A stretch of DNA of 64,000 nucleotides from Chitinophaga pinensis (GTDB lineage: Bacteria; Bacteroidota; Bacteroidia; 2-12-FULL-35-15), in contig CAMCYR010000006.1 in assembly GCA_945885475.1 (NCBI GenBank), positions 22,231 through 86,230 on the forward strand, given 5' to 3'. The notes beneath the pieces are model-generated. The model made no database searches. It was not told the DNA's origin and saw only the letters and a list, made by a program, of their open reading frames with translations. Positions 1-9,736 of the stretch are shown here, piece by piece. A program made the position numbers and the translations under genes. Position 1 is the first letter of the stretch, and each line of letters starts with the position of its first letter.

Positions 1-134
1 CAAGGAGCAAGACGTAGTCAACGAGATTATAGTTTAGCCTATAAATTACAGGTAGTATCAGAAGTAGAAAAAGTCGAATTAAGTTACATTGCGAGGAAAG
101 AAGCAATCTTTCATTTTTAGAAGGAATAGAAAAT

Positions 135-1409
135 CTACCTCAGGATCTGCAATCTTTTTGAATCTAATTTTATGAAGATGAAAAGTAAAATAGTGAACGA
201 CCACAAGGATGATCCTCCATAACTAAAGAATGGCAAAGGAATGCCAATAACAGGTGCAAGTCCGATCGTCATTCCAACATTTACTGTTAAGTGAAAGAAC
301 AATACAGAAGCCACACCATAACCATAGATTCTACTAAAAGGAGACCGTTGCCTTTCGGCCATAAAGATCAATCGGATCATAAGAAATAGTTGAAGTATTA
401 TTACAAAAGCACTACCCACAAATCCCCATTCTTCACCTACAGTACAAAATATAAAATCAGTATCCTGTTCAGGTACAAAATCGTATTTTGTTTGTGTACC
501 TTGTAAATATCCTTTTCCGATAAATCCACCTGAACCGATTGCAATCTTTGCTTGGTTCACATTGTATCCTTCTTTTTTCAGATCTACCGTACCTCTTCCC
601 AACAATACATCAATACGTATTTTTTGGTGATCTTCCATGTGGTCGTAAACAAAAGTTGTTCCCCGAACCATACTGCAGGCGGTTAATCCAATGATTCCGA
701 TGATGAATAAGTTCTTCGCGTTACGTTTAATAAATAAAAGTGCGATGGTGCAAAGTGAGCCGATAATAATGAAGAGGTACAAGTTGTTGATCAACAATGC
801 AAGGATAAATAATACAATCGCTAAAAAGCCGAGTAATAAATAATTTACGGATAATCCTTCACGGTATAAGGTGAATATGAAGGCTGCGAATACAATAGCT
901 AATCCGGTTTCATCTTGCAGTTTCATGATAATGATGCAAGGAATACCAATGATCAATAGTGATATGAATGTGTTTTTATAATCTGCAATTTTTATATTCT
1001 GATTGCTCAGGAATTTTGCTAGCGCTAAGTTTGCTGCAAATTTCATGAACTCTGCGGGTTGTACTCCAAAGTCGCCAAAGCGAAACCAGGAGCGGCTTCC
1101 TTTAACTTCGCGTCCGAGAAAAGGTACCGCAATATTTGCAATTAGAATAGCGCCAAAAATAAAATAAGCGAAAGCTGTATAAAAATTCTCATCGATGATC
1201 AATATGATTAACGCGAGTAATAAAGAGGTTGCAATCCAAATTAATTGTTTGCCATATTTTTGACTCACATCAGTAATTACGTGGTGTTCTTCGTTATATA
1301 CCGCAGCGTAAATATTCAGCCATCCCATCATTATCAATAATAGATAGGTAAGGACTGTTATCCAGTCGATGTTGTGAAAAATGCTAGTGTTGTTTTGTGA
1401 TCGTTGCAT
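135..1409 (-). CDS. rodA: Rod shape-determining protein RodA (SEDS family)
   Basis: Multi-TM protein with QPAEFMK, PEQDTDFIF and GIPLPFFSYGGSS SEDS motifs; follows PBP2 in the mre cluster. Confidence 0.95.
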   Translation of the reverse strand: MQRSQNNTSIFHNIDWITVLTYLLLIMMGWLNIYAAVYNEEHHVITDVSQKYGKQLIWIATSLLLALIILIIDENFYTAFAYFIFGAILIANIAVPFLGREVKGSRSWFRFGDFGVQPAEFMKFAANLALAKFLSNQNIKIADYKNTFISLLIIGIPCIIIMKLQDETGLAIVFAAFIFTLYREGLSVNYLLLGFLAIVLFILALLINNLYLFIIIGSLCTIALLFIKRNAKNLFIIGIIGLTACSMVRGTTFVYDHMEDHQKIRIDVLLGRGTVDLKKEGYNVNQAKIAIGSGGFIGKGYLQGTQTKYDFVPEQDTDFIFCTVGEEWGFVGSAFVIILQLFLMIRLIFMAERQRSPFSRIYGYGVASVLFFHLTVNVGMTIGLAPVIGIPLPFFSYGGSSLWSFTILLFIFIKLDSKRLQILR

Positions 1410-3240
1410 TTTTATCTTTGTGTATCAAGTCGGCTTCTAACATTCTTTTTTCTAGGTCAGGTCTTGTGATCTTCCCTTTTAAATACTTTTCCATCATCAG
1501 CCTAGCGATCGGTCCTGCATAGGTAGAACCGAATCCGGCATTTTCAATTAAAATACCAATTGCTATTTTAGGATTATCTTTCGGAGCAAAACAAACAAAT
1601 ACCGAGTGATCTTTTCCTGAATTCTGTGCTGTACCGGTTTTTGCGCAATAAGGTATACCCTCAATTTTTAATGCTGCTGCAGTGCCACCTTCAACTGCTT
1701 TTGCCATACCAGCTATCACGACATTGTAGATGGCCGTATCTTTAATTTTGGTATAATGTTTTACTTTAAAGCGATCTAAGATGGTATCATTCGGGTTTCC
1801 ATCAATTGCCTTTACAATGTGTGGTGTGTAGTACCAGCCTTTATTTGCAATGATCGCAACAAGGTTTGCATTTTGAAGAGGAGTGACTCCTAGTTCATTT
1901 TGTCCGATTCCCAAAGAAATAACAGTACTCGCTTTCCAACTTCCTTTCCCAAAAATTTTATTATAGTAATTGATGCTGGGTACATTCCCTCGTAATTCGT
2001 TCGCTAAATCCGAGCCGGTTTTAGTACCCAAACAAAAGCTCGTTGCTATTTCGCGCCAATTTGCATATGCTTTATAGGTGTTATGATATTTTTTATCTTC
2101 AATTACACTTTTAAATACATACGAAAAATACGAGTTGCAAGATGTACCAATTGCGCCTTCCAAATCCATCGGAGAACCGTGTGGATGGCATTTTGGTCTT
2201 CCTCCCAAAGGCGGATAACCACGGGCGCATGGATAACGTGTATCAGCTTTTAATACTCCTTCATTTAGTCCGATGAGTGCCATTACTAATTTAAATGTTG
2301 AACCCGGAGGATAAGATGCCATCGTTGAGCGGTTGAACAAAGGCATCCCGATTGAATCCTGTGACAACGCGACAAAATTTTTGTTTCGTGCTCTTCCAAC
2401 AAATAAGTTTGGGTCGTATGTCGGGCTTGTTACGATTGCAAGAATTTCACCTGTTGATGGATCCAATGCCACCACACTTCCGATCTTATTCTGCATGAGT
2501 AGCTCAGCATATTCCTGAAGATCCGCATCTAGTGTTGTTGTGAGTGGTTTCCCTGAAATGGCTGCCGTGTCGTATAATCCGTTCATGTAACTACCCATGT
2601 CGCGGTTATTTACATCCTTCATGATAATGCGAAGTCCTTTTTTTCCACGGAGTACTTTCTCGTAACTTTTTTCAATTCCACTGATTCCTAAATAATCTCC
2701 TTCTCTGTAATAGGAATCTTTTTCGGTTGTTCGTTTATCGGCCTCCCCAATGTAACCAAGCATATGAGCGGCAATTTTTCTTGGGTATTTTCGTAATGTT
2801 CGGGATTGAACGAAAAATCCGGGAAAGCGATAGAGCACTTCTTGCAGTGCTGCATAATCTTTGGGTGAAAGTTGCTTTTCAAAGATAGATTCCTTCCTAG
2901 GTGAATTAGGCGACTGAACGGCCTTTTTCATTTTTTTTAAAAACTGCTCTCTCGTAATTCCAAGTAAACTACAAAGCTCTAACGTATCGATATTTTTTAC
3001 GTTTTTTGGAAGGATCATTAGATCATAAGCGGCTTCGTTGTAAACAAGCAATTTGTTGTTCCTATCGTAAATATACCCTCTGATGGGAAAGTCGGTTGTG
3101 TAGCGGAATGCCTGATTTCTCGCATCCAGCTTGTATGTGTCGTCTATTACCTGGATATAAAATAAGCGTGAAATATAGGCGAGCCCGACCAATATAAAGA
3201 CTCCGATAATAATGTATTTTCTTTCAGATAACTGATTCAT
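1384..3240 (-). CDS. mrdA: Penicillin-binding protein 2
   Basis: N-terminal TM, RGYIYDRN, and transpeptidase motifs STFK, SCN, KTGTAQ; lies between mreD and rodA. Confidence 0.95.
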   Translation of the reverse strand: MNQLSERKYIIIGVFILVGLAYISRLFYIQVIDDTYKLDARNQAFRYTTDFPIRGYIYDRNNKLLVYNEAAYDLMILPKNVKNIDTLELCSLLGITREQFLKKMKKAVQSPNSPRKESIFEKQLSPKDYAALQEVLYRFPGFFVQSRTLRKYPRKIAAHMLGYIGEADKRTTEKDSYYREGDYLGISGIEKSYEKVLRGKKGLRIIMKDVNNRDMGSYMNGLYDTAAISGKPLTTTLDADLQEYAELLMQNKIGSVVALDPSTGEILAIVTSPTYDPNLFVGRARNKNFVALSQDSIGMPLFNRSTMASYPPGSTFKLVMALIGLNEGVLKADTRYPCARGYPPLGGRPKCHPHGSPMDLEGAIGTSCNSYFSYVFKSVIEDKKYHNTYKAYANWREIATSFCLGTKTGSDLANELRGNVPSINYYNKIFGKGSWKASTVISLGIGQNELGVTPLQNANLVAIIANKGWYYTPHIVKAIDGNPNDTILDRFKVKHYTKIKDTAIYNVVIAGMAKAVEGGTAAALKIEGIPYCAKTGTAQNSGKDHSVFVCFAPKDNPKIAIGILIENAGFGSTYAGPIARLMMEKYLKGKITRPDLEKRMLEADLIHKDKNATITKQH

Positions 3241-3755
3241 TCTTGTTCTTTTTTGCGTTGAAACAGGTATTGACTGAGTACAACCAAAAGTAATGTGGCT
3301 ATTGAACTTACGATCACTCTGAAAAAAGTAGAAAAGAATTCGCTGAAGCGGAAGATCTCAATATAGAATAATACCAGGTGGTGCAATACAACTAATATTC
3401 CTGCATAAGACAAGAACCAAGGTGTTCCCAAATACTGAATGGTTGGTTGGGTCCCGAATTCATAACCGTCACGCGGAGAGAATAATTTCAATACGCCCGG
3501 ACGGAAGTATGCCATTAAAACACATGCTGCAGCATGCATCCCGGCAGTATCATAAAACATGTCTATTGTAATTCCTAAAATAAAAGAAGTTAAAATCAAT
3601 AACCATTTTGGTGTTTCAAATGGTAATACAATTATAAAAAGAACGTATACAAAGGGATTAATGAATCGACCCAGTTCGATGTTCTTAATTATAAGTACTT
3701 GCACAAAAATTAGCACAAAAAATCGGATAATATTTCGGATGATCGTATTTGTCAT
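3237..3755 (-). CDS. mreD: Rod shape-determining protein MreD
   Basis: 172-aa hydrophobic protein between mreC and mrdA. Confidence 0.88.
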   Translation of the reverse strand: MTNTIIRNIIRFFVLIFVQVLIIKNIELGRFINPFVYVLFIIVLPFETPKWLLILTSFILGITIDMFYDTAGMHAAACVLMAYFRPGVLKLFSPRDGYEFGTQPTIQYLGTPWFLSYAGILVVLHHLVLFYIEIFRFSEFFSTFFRVIVSSIATLLLVVLSQYLFQRKKEQE

Positions 3756-3757
3756 GT

Positions 3758-4597
3758 TTATTCTTTGTTCAATTCTTCTGTTTTCTTTTCCAGCTCTTCC
3801 TGCTCTTCTCTCAATTTATTGTCTACAATATAAACATGTGTTAATTTCTTGAAATCGGTAGACAATTTTACTTTAACAGTGTAAAATGGTTTGGTCGATT
3901 CTCTGTAATAGCTGTCAACCGTTCCTACCATAATGTTCTCGGGAAACATTTTTGTGTATTGGCTGGTGACAACGGTATCGCCTTTGATCAACCTGACGTG
4001 TGTCGGAATGTCGTTAAGTGTTGCGTATTCAAAACTTTCTCCGTCCCAGTTGAGCGGACCAAAAGAACCATCTTTTTTCAATTTCGAATTGATAATTGTG
4101 TTGCTATGCAATAATGATTTAACGGTACAAAAATTTTCGGAAACATTTTCCACCAGTCCTACAACACCTGAGCTCGCTATTACTCCCATCTTATTTGTTA
4201 TTCCTTGTTTAGAACCTTTGTCGAGTGTCAGGTAATTGTTTCTCCTGTTTGTTGAATTGTTAACGACTTTTCCGCTTGTATAAGTATATTTCTGACGGAA
4301 AACTGTATCGTTCACTGCATATTGTCCATTTACTAATATGGAGAAGGAGAGCATATCGTGCGAATGCAGTTCGGCATTTTCTTTTGCCAGTCTTTCGTTT
4401 TCGCTTTTCAGATAAAAATATTGCTGAATATTTTCTGATGTGCTTAATACAGTTGCGGAAATTTTATTGGAAGAGTTGACAAAACTTGCGCGTTGAAATT
4501 TGTTGTTTTGTACGATTAAATAAATGCAAAGTGCTTCAAGAAAGAGAAACAGAAAAAAGAAATAATGTCTCCAGATGAATATTACTAGGTTACGCAT
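3758..4597 (-). CDS. mreC: Rod shape-determining protein MreC
   Basis: N-terminal TM, coiled coil LKSENERLAKENAEL, LDKGSKQGI and GDTVVTS motifs; synteny. Confidence 0.93.
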   Translation of the reverse strand: MRNLVIFIWRHYFFFLFLFLEALCIYLIVQNNKFQRASFVNSSNKISATVLSTSENIQQYFYLKSENERLAKENAELHSHDMLSFSILVNGQYAVNDTVFRQKYTYTSGKVVNNSTNRRNNYLTLDKGSKQGITNKMGVIASSGVVGLVENVSENFCTVKSLLHSNTIINSKLKKDGSFGPLNWDGESFEYATLNDIPTHVRLIKGDTVVTSQYTKMFPENIMVGTVDSYYRESTKPFYTVKVKLSTDFKKLTHVYIVDNKLREEQEELEKKTEELNKE

Positions 4598-4606
4598 TTT
4601 TTGAAT

Positions 4607-4660
4607 TTAAATCTGAAAATCGGAACACTATGTTTTTGCAATTCAGATTTTCAGATTAAA
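4607..4660. repeat. Imperfect 19-bp inverted repeat (stem-loop) between mreB and mreC
   Basis: ttaaatctgaaaatcggaa (4607-4625) matches the reverse complement of ttcagattttcagattaaa (4642-4660) at 17/19. Confidence 0.7.
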
Positions 4661-4675
4661 TAAATATCTATTTTA

Positions 4676-5698
4676 TTATTTCATCAAGAAAGGGAACTTG
4701 TTTACATTTTTCAATGCAATACCTGTTCCTCGGGCAACAGCGCGAAGTGGATCTTCAGCAATGTGCACAGGTAGTTTTGTCTTTAAAGAGATTCGCTTAT
4801 CTAAGCCGCGCAACATAGAACCACCACCAGCTAAATAAATTCCTGTGCGGAAAATATCGGCAGAAAGTTCCGGTGGTGTCATTTCCAATGCATTTAGGAT
4901 CGCTTCTTCCACTTTTGAAATAGATTTATCTAAAGCATGTGCAATTTCCACATATGAAACGTAAATTTCTTTCGGTATTCCGGTCATTAAATCTCTTCCG
5001 TGAACGGCATAATCAGGTGGAGGATTATCAATTTCTGTCATTGCAGCACCAACTTCAATTTTAACACGTTCAGCGGAACGCTCACCAATTAAAATATTGT
5101 GTTGTCTGCGCATATACTCTTCAATATTCGAAGTGAATTCATCGCCTGCTATTCGGATTGATTTATCACATACAATTCCACCCAAAGCAATAACGGCAAT
5201 TTCACTTGTACCACCACCAATATCGATGATCATATTTCCCATCGGTTCTTCCACGTCAATACCGATTCCTATAGCAGCAGCCATTGGTTCGTGAATTAAA
5301 TAAACCTCTTTTCCGCCAGCATGTTCAGCACTATCGCGGACCGCACGTTTTTCAACCTCTGTGATCCCAGAAGGAATACAGATGACCATTTTTAAGGATG
5401 GTTGAAATAATCGTCTTCCGGGATTGATCATTTTGATCATTCCACGGATCATGTGTTCCGCGGCATGGAAATCTGCAATCACACCATCTTTTAAAGGTCG
5501 TATCGTTTTGATATTTTCGTGCGTTTTACCATGCATTTGCATGGCTTGTTTTCCGACAGCGATTACTCTGCCCGTCATTCGGTCGACAGCTACGATAGAG
5601 GGCTCATCCACAACTACTTTATCATTATAAATGATTAGCGTATTGGCTGTTCCTAAGTCAATCGCAATTTCTTGTGTTAAAAAATTAAATAAACCCAT
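4676..5698 (-). CDS. mreB: Actin-like rod shape-determining protein MreB
   Basis: IAIDLGTANT, IRPLKDGVIADF, DIGGGTSE, LAGGGSML. Confidence 0.98.
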   Translation of the reverse strand: MGLFNFLTQEIAIDLGTANTLIIYNDKVVVDEPSIVAVDRMTGRVIAVGKQAMQMHGKTHENIKTIRPLKDGVIADFHAAEHMIRGMIKMINPGRRLFQPSLKMVICIPSGITEVEKRAVRDSAEHAGGKEVYLIHEPMAAAIGIGIDVEEPMGNMIIDIGGGTSEIAVIALGGIVCDKSIRIAGDEFTSNIEEYMRRQHNILIGERSAERVKIEVGAAMTEIDNPPPDYAVHGRDLMTGIPKEIYVSYVEIAHALDKSISKVEEAILNALEMTPPELSADIFRTGIYLAGGGSMLRGLDKRISLKTKLPVHIAEDPLRAVARGTGIALKNVNKFPFLMK

Positions 5699-5770
5699 AG
5701 TTTAATTAGATAATTTATCAATAGGCAATTTGCCCATTGCATTTATACTTCAAATTTTTTTCTTTTCCCT

Positions 5771-6227
5771 AACCACCAACCACCAACCACCAACCACCCA
5801 ATTACCCCATCACTCCATCACCCCATCACCAATCACCAATTACCCAATCACCCCATCACCAATTACCCATCACCCCATCACCACTCACCTCATCACCAAT
5901 CACCCATCACCAATCACCAATCACCCATCACCAATCACCCATCACCAATTACCCAATCACCTCATCACTAATCACCCATCACCAATCACCAATTACCCCA
6001 TCAACAATTACCTCATCACCTAATCACCAATCACCTCATCACCCATCACCCATCACCTCATTACCCATAACCTCATCACTAATCACCCATCACCAATTAC
6101 CCCATCACCTCATCACCAATCACCTCATCACCAATCACCAATCACCTCATCACCAATCACCAATCACCAATCACCTCATCACCAATTACCCATTACCTCA
6201 TCACCAATTACCAATCACTCAATCACT
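5771..6227. repeat. Degenerate 7/8-bp tandem array (ATCACCA / ATCACCC / ATTACCC / ATCACCTC)
   Basis: About 450 bp of repeated ATCACC/ATTACC cores; no G on the + strand from 5740 to 6236. Confidence 0.95.
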
Positions 6228-6231
6228 TTTT

Positions 6232-7758
6232 CTAATGTTTAAAATGTCTTGTGCCGGTCATTACCATCGACAAACCATTTGCATCGCAATAAGCAATAGA
6301 TTCTTTATCCTTAATCGACCCACCCGGCTGAATGACAGAGGTGATTCCTGCCTTGTTCGCAATTTCCACACAATCAGGAAAAGGGAAGAACGCATCGGAT
6401 GCCATGACAGCGCCTTTCAGATCAAAGCCAAAATGGTTGGCTTTTACAATTGCCTGTTGTAATGCATCAACTCTTGATGTTTGTCCGACACCACTTGCAA
6501 GCAGCGCTTTGTTTTTTACAAGGACAATCGTATTTGATTTTGTATGTTTTACAATTTTATTTGCAAATTCCAGATCACTCAATTCATCAGCGCTTGGCGA
6601 CAATGTCGTGATGGTTTGCATATCACTTATAGTTTCCGTTTTTAAATCCTTGTCTTGCTCTATCACGCCATTCAACAATGTCCGGAAAGATTTAGAAGCC
6701 AGTTTCACAGGATTCTGTTTAAGGATGATCCTGTTTGGTTTTGATTTTAATAAGTCTAGTGCTTTTTCATTGTATGCGGGAGCGATAATAACTTCGCAGA
6801 ATAATTTATGTATTTCTTCCGCTGTTGCAAGATCGATTTCTTTATTGGTGATCAATACACCACCAAACGCACTTGTTGGATCGCCCGCTAATGCTGCTCT
6901 GTATGCATCCACCAAATTTGGACGGGATGCTATACCACAGGCATTGTTGTGTTTTAATATGGAGAAAGTAGTCTCTGTAAATTCAGCGATCAAACTCACA
7001 GCTGCATCTACATCTAATAAGTTGTTATACGATAATTCTTTTCCATTTAATTTCGAAAACATTTCATCCAACTTGCCATAGAATACACCCTTTTGGTGAG
7101 GGTTTTCGCCATAACGCAATACTTGTGCATTTTGAATACTTTGTTTGAATGCGATGGTCTCACCGCCATTGAAATAGTTGAAGATTGCTGTATCGTAATG
7201 TGAGGAAATGTTGAAAGCGCAGGCTGCAAGGTGTTTTCTATCTGCCAACGTTGATGATCCTTTCTGAGAAACTAAAATTGTATCATGCAAATACGTGTAA
7301 TCATTTTTTGAAGAAACAATCACTACATCTTTGAAATTTTTTGCTGCTGCGCGGATCAACGAAATTCCGCCAATATCAATTTTTTCAATGATGTCTTGTT
7401 CTGGCGCATCTGATTTTACAGTCTCTTCAAAAGGATAAAGGTCAACAAGCACTAAATCAATTTCTGGGATTTCATATTCTTCCAACTGGTCGATGTCGCT
7501 CTGTAACTCTCTTCTGCTAAGGATTCCGCCAAAAACTTTAGGATGCAATGTTTTTACGCGGCCACCCAAAATAGATGGATATGAAGTAAGTGTTTCAACC
7601 GGTGTAACAGCAAAACCGAGCTTTTCGATAAATTCCTGTGTTCCACCGGTGCTGAATATTTTTACTCCCAATGCATTCAATTGATGTATTACAGGTTCTA
7701 AATTATCTTTGTAATACACTGAAATAAGTGCATTTTTTATCTTTTTTGTTCCGCTCAT
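6232..7758 (-). CDS. purH: Bifunctional AICAR transformylase/IMP cyclohydrolase
   Basis: GGRVKTLHP, IDIGGISLIRAAAKN, LRYGENPHQ, ASDAFFPFPD, C-terminal GTRHFKH. Confidence 0.98.
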   Translation of the reverse strand: MSGTKKIKNALISVYYKDNLEPVIHQLNALGVKIFSTGGTQEFIEKLGFAVTPVETLTSYPSILGGRVKTLHPKVFGGILSRRELQSDIDQLEEYEIPEIDLVLVDLYPFEETVKSDAPEQDIIEKIDIGGISLIRAAAKNFKDVVIVSSKNDYTYLHDTILVSQKGSSTLADRKHLAACAFNISSHYDTAIFNYFNGGETIAFKQSIQNAQVLRYGENPHQKGVFYGKLDEMFSKLNGKELSYNNLLDVDAAVSLIAEFTETTFSILKHNNACGIASRPNLVDAYRAALAGDPTSAFGGVLITNKEIDLATAEEIHKLFCEVIIAPAYNEKALDLLKSKPNRIILKQNPVKLASKSFRTLLNGVIEQDKDLKTETISDMQTITTLSPSADELSDLEFANKIVKHTKSNTIVLVKNKALLASGVGQTSRVDALQQAIVKANHFGFDLKGAVMASDAFFPFPDCVEIANKAGITSVIQPGGSIKDKESIAYCDANGLSMVMTGTRHFKH

Positions 7759-7780
7759 ACCTCTTGTTAAATTTCTCTTA

Positions 7781-7788
7781 CAAAAGTA
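7781..7788 (-). promoter_or_regulatory. Bacteroidota -7 promoter box TACTTTTG upstream of purH
   Basis: Matches TAnnTTTG consensus about 22 nt upstream of the ATG. Confidence 0.6.
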
Positions 7789-7913
7789 TTAAATTTTATG
7801 CGTTCTAAGGACTTAAACTTACATTGTTGATAAATGTTGTTTTTGTTAATAACGCGAATTTCCACGCTTTTTTTAGCTTCAAAATTTTACTAAAATTCAG
7901 GTAAATTTTTTGG

Positions 7914-7921
7914 TACATTTG
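7914..7921 (+). promoter_or_regulatory. -7 promoter box TACATTTG upstream of ABC permease
   Basis: TAnnTTTG consensus; supports ATG 7945 as the start. Confidence 0.6.
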
Positions 7922-7944
7922 TAGTGTTAAAATCAATTTTTCAG

Positions 7945-9189
7945 ATGATCGTTTTTGGTTTATTACGGGAGAGTATTTCATTTGCAATTAATTCACTTGT
8001 GGGAAACAAATTGCGGACATTTCTTTCGCTTTTAGGTATTACCATTGGTATTTTTGCCATCATCATTGTTTTTACCGTTGTTGATTCTTTAGAGCAAAAC
8101 CTTCGAAAGAGTGTGCAAAGTCTGGGTGATGACGTAGTTTTTGTTCAGAAATGGCCCTGGACGTTCGGACCGAATTATCCTTGGTGGAAATATATGAACC
8201 GTCCTGTTCCTGACTACCCAGAATTGAATCAGATCCTTGAAAAGTGTGATGGTGCCCAATCTGCAGCTTTTCTGGCAAGCGCCCGCATAACTGTAAAATA
8301 CAAAAGTAGCAGCATCGAAAATGTTAACATTAACTGCGCTTCTCATCAGTACGATCTCGTTAAGAATTTTGAAATCGCTGACGGTCGTTATTTCACTGAA
8401 ATTGAATCAGCTTCCGGCAGACCTGTTGCTGTTATTGGTGATGTACTTGCAAAAGCACTGTTCCCCAACCAGAATCCAATCGGTGAATCGGTGAAAGTAA
8501 ATGGTGCAAAGGTCACCGTGATCGGTGTTTTTAAAAAAGAAGGTGAAAGCATTTTAGGTGGAAGCGTAGATACAGAGGTGCTCGTGCCAATCAATTATGC
8601 ACGAAGTCTGGTTGACATCAGGAGTGAAGACCTGGATCCTCAGATTTTGGTCCGCGCCAAGCCTGGTATCACTAACGATGATCTGATAGATGAACTTACC
8701 GGTTTAATGCGTTCGATCCGAAAGCTACATCCTCGTTCGGATGATAATTTTGCTCTCAATCAAACCAGCTTGATCTCTACCCAATTTGACAGTTTGTTTG
8801 GCGTAGTTGGTATAGTCGGTTGGGTGATCGGCGGTTTCTCCATTTTAGTTGGTGGATTCGGTATTGCCAACATCATGTTTGTTTCGGTGAAAGAACGGAC
8901 CAACATTATCGGAATTCAGAAATCATTGGGGGCAAAAAATTATTTTATCCTTTCACAATTTTTATTTGAGGCTGTTTTTCTGTCCCTTATCGGTGGTGTC
9001 ATCGGATTACTGATCGTTTTCCTGCTTACATTGGCGATTGGTGATTCTATTGGTATGGACGTTTCATTGAGTCGTTCCAACATTATTTTAGGCTTTACGA
9101 TCTCGATCCTTATTGGTGTGGTTTCCGGTTTTGTACCTGCTTATGGCGCATCGCAACTGGATCCTGTGGAGGCGATCCGGAGTAATTAG
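7945..9189 (+). CDS. MacB/FtsX-family ABC transporter permease
   Basis: NKLRTFLSLLGITIGI, GGFGIANIMFVSVKERT.IIGIQKSLGA, C-terminal LDPVEAIR; ORF track start is 7924. Confidence 0.9.
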   Translation: MIVFGLLRESISFAINSLVGNKLRTFLSLLGITIGIFAIIIVFTVVDSLEQNLRKSVQSLGDDVVFVQKWPWTFGPNYPWWKYMNRPVPDYPELNQILEKCDGAQSAAFLASARITVKYKSSSIENVNINCASHQYDLVKNFEIADGRYFTEIESASGRPVAVIGDVLAKALFPNQNPIGESVKVNGAKVTVIGVFKKEGESILGGSVDTEVLVPINYARSLVDIRSEDLDPQILVRAKPGITNDDLIDELTGLMRSIRKLHPRSDDNFALNQTSLISTQFDSLFGVVGIVGWVIGGFSILVGGFGIANIMFVSVKERTNIIGIQKSLGAKNYFILSQFLFEAVFLSLIGGVIGLLIVFLLTLAIGDSIGMDVSLSRSNIILGFTISILIGVVSGFVPAYGASQLDPVEAIRSN

Positions 9190-9320
9190 CAGGGTGTGGA
9201 TTTGTTTAGACCTTAATCCACGCAAGGAAAGTGATTTTTATTTAAAGAAGCAAAAACATACAAAAGATTCAGCTTGTCCCGAGGCTATTTAATACGGGCT
9301 GGCAAATACTAGTTTAAATT

Positions 9321-9662
9321 ATGCAATCAGCCTTAAAACGTCCGCGTCTTATCAGTATCATCTGTATTCTGGGCTTTATCTGGATCGTGTTTAGTTTTCC
9401 ATCCGTTTTTTCACCATCTATCAAAAAGATGGGCGATTGGTATCCTGCTTTATTCGGGTTGATTGTGGCAAGCAGTTTTATTTCATACATCGGTGTATGG
9501 CATATGAAACGATGGGGCGTTCAACTCTTTATTATTACCTTTTTTATGAAGGAAACTTTATTGATTCTGTTAGAGGATCTCAGCTATGTAGGGATTGCTT
9601 TTTCATTGTTTTTTCTTATTTCTATGTTGTTTTTTTACAGGCGGATGGATCTTAATTTATAG
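9321..9662 (+). CDS. Small 4-TM membrane protein, unknown function
   Basis: ATG after an AT-rich leader; four hydrophobic segments. Confidence 0.7.
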   Translation: MQSALKRPRLISIICILGFIWIVFSFPSVFSPSIKKMGDWYPALFGLIVASSFISYIGVWHMKRWGVQLFIITFFMKETLLILLEDLSYVGIAFSLFFLISMLFFYRRMDLNL

Positions 9663-9736
9663 CCGAATATCGCATTCGTCGAAAAATTTAATATTTACTA
9701 TTATTTTTAATTAATTTTGTAACAAATTTATAAACG

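Noticed and set aside
5730-6023. 97-aa Pro/Ile/Thr/His-rich ORF
   Set aside because: It is a translation of the G-free heptamer array, antisense to the flanking genes, with a TTG start; openness follows from base composition.
6332-7081. 249-aa plus-strand ORF and many similar antisense ORFs across the window
   Set aside because: They lie opposite well-supported genes (here purH) and show no recognisable motifs; shadow ORFs.
9194-9302. Two hairpins after the ABC permease as a possible ncRNA
   Set aside because: The stems are short (gtgtggatt/aatccacgc and a weaker one), with no second copy and no family I recognise; not supportable.
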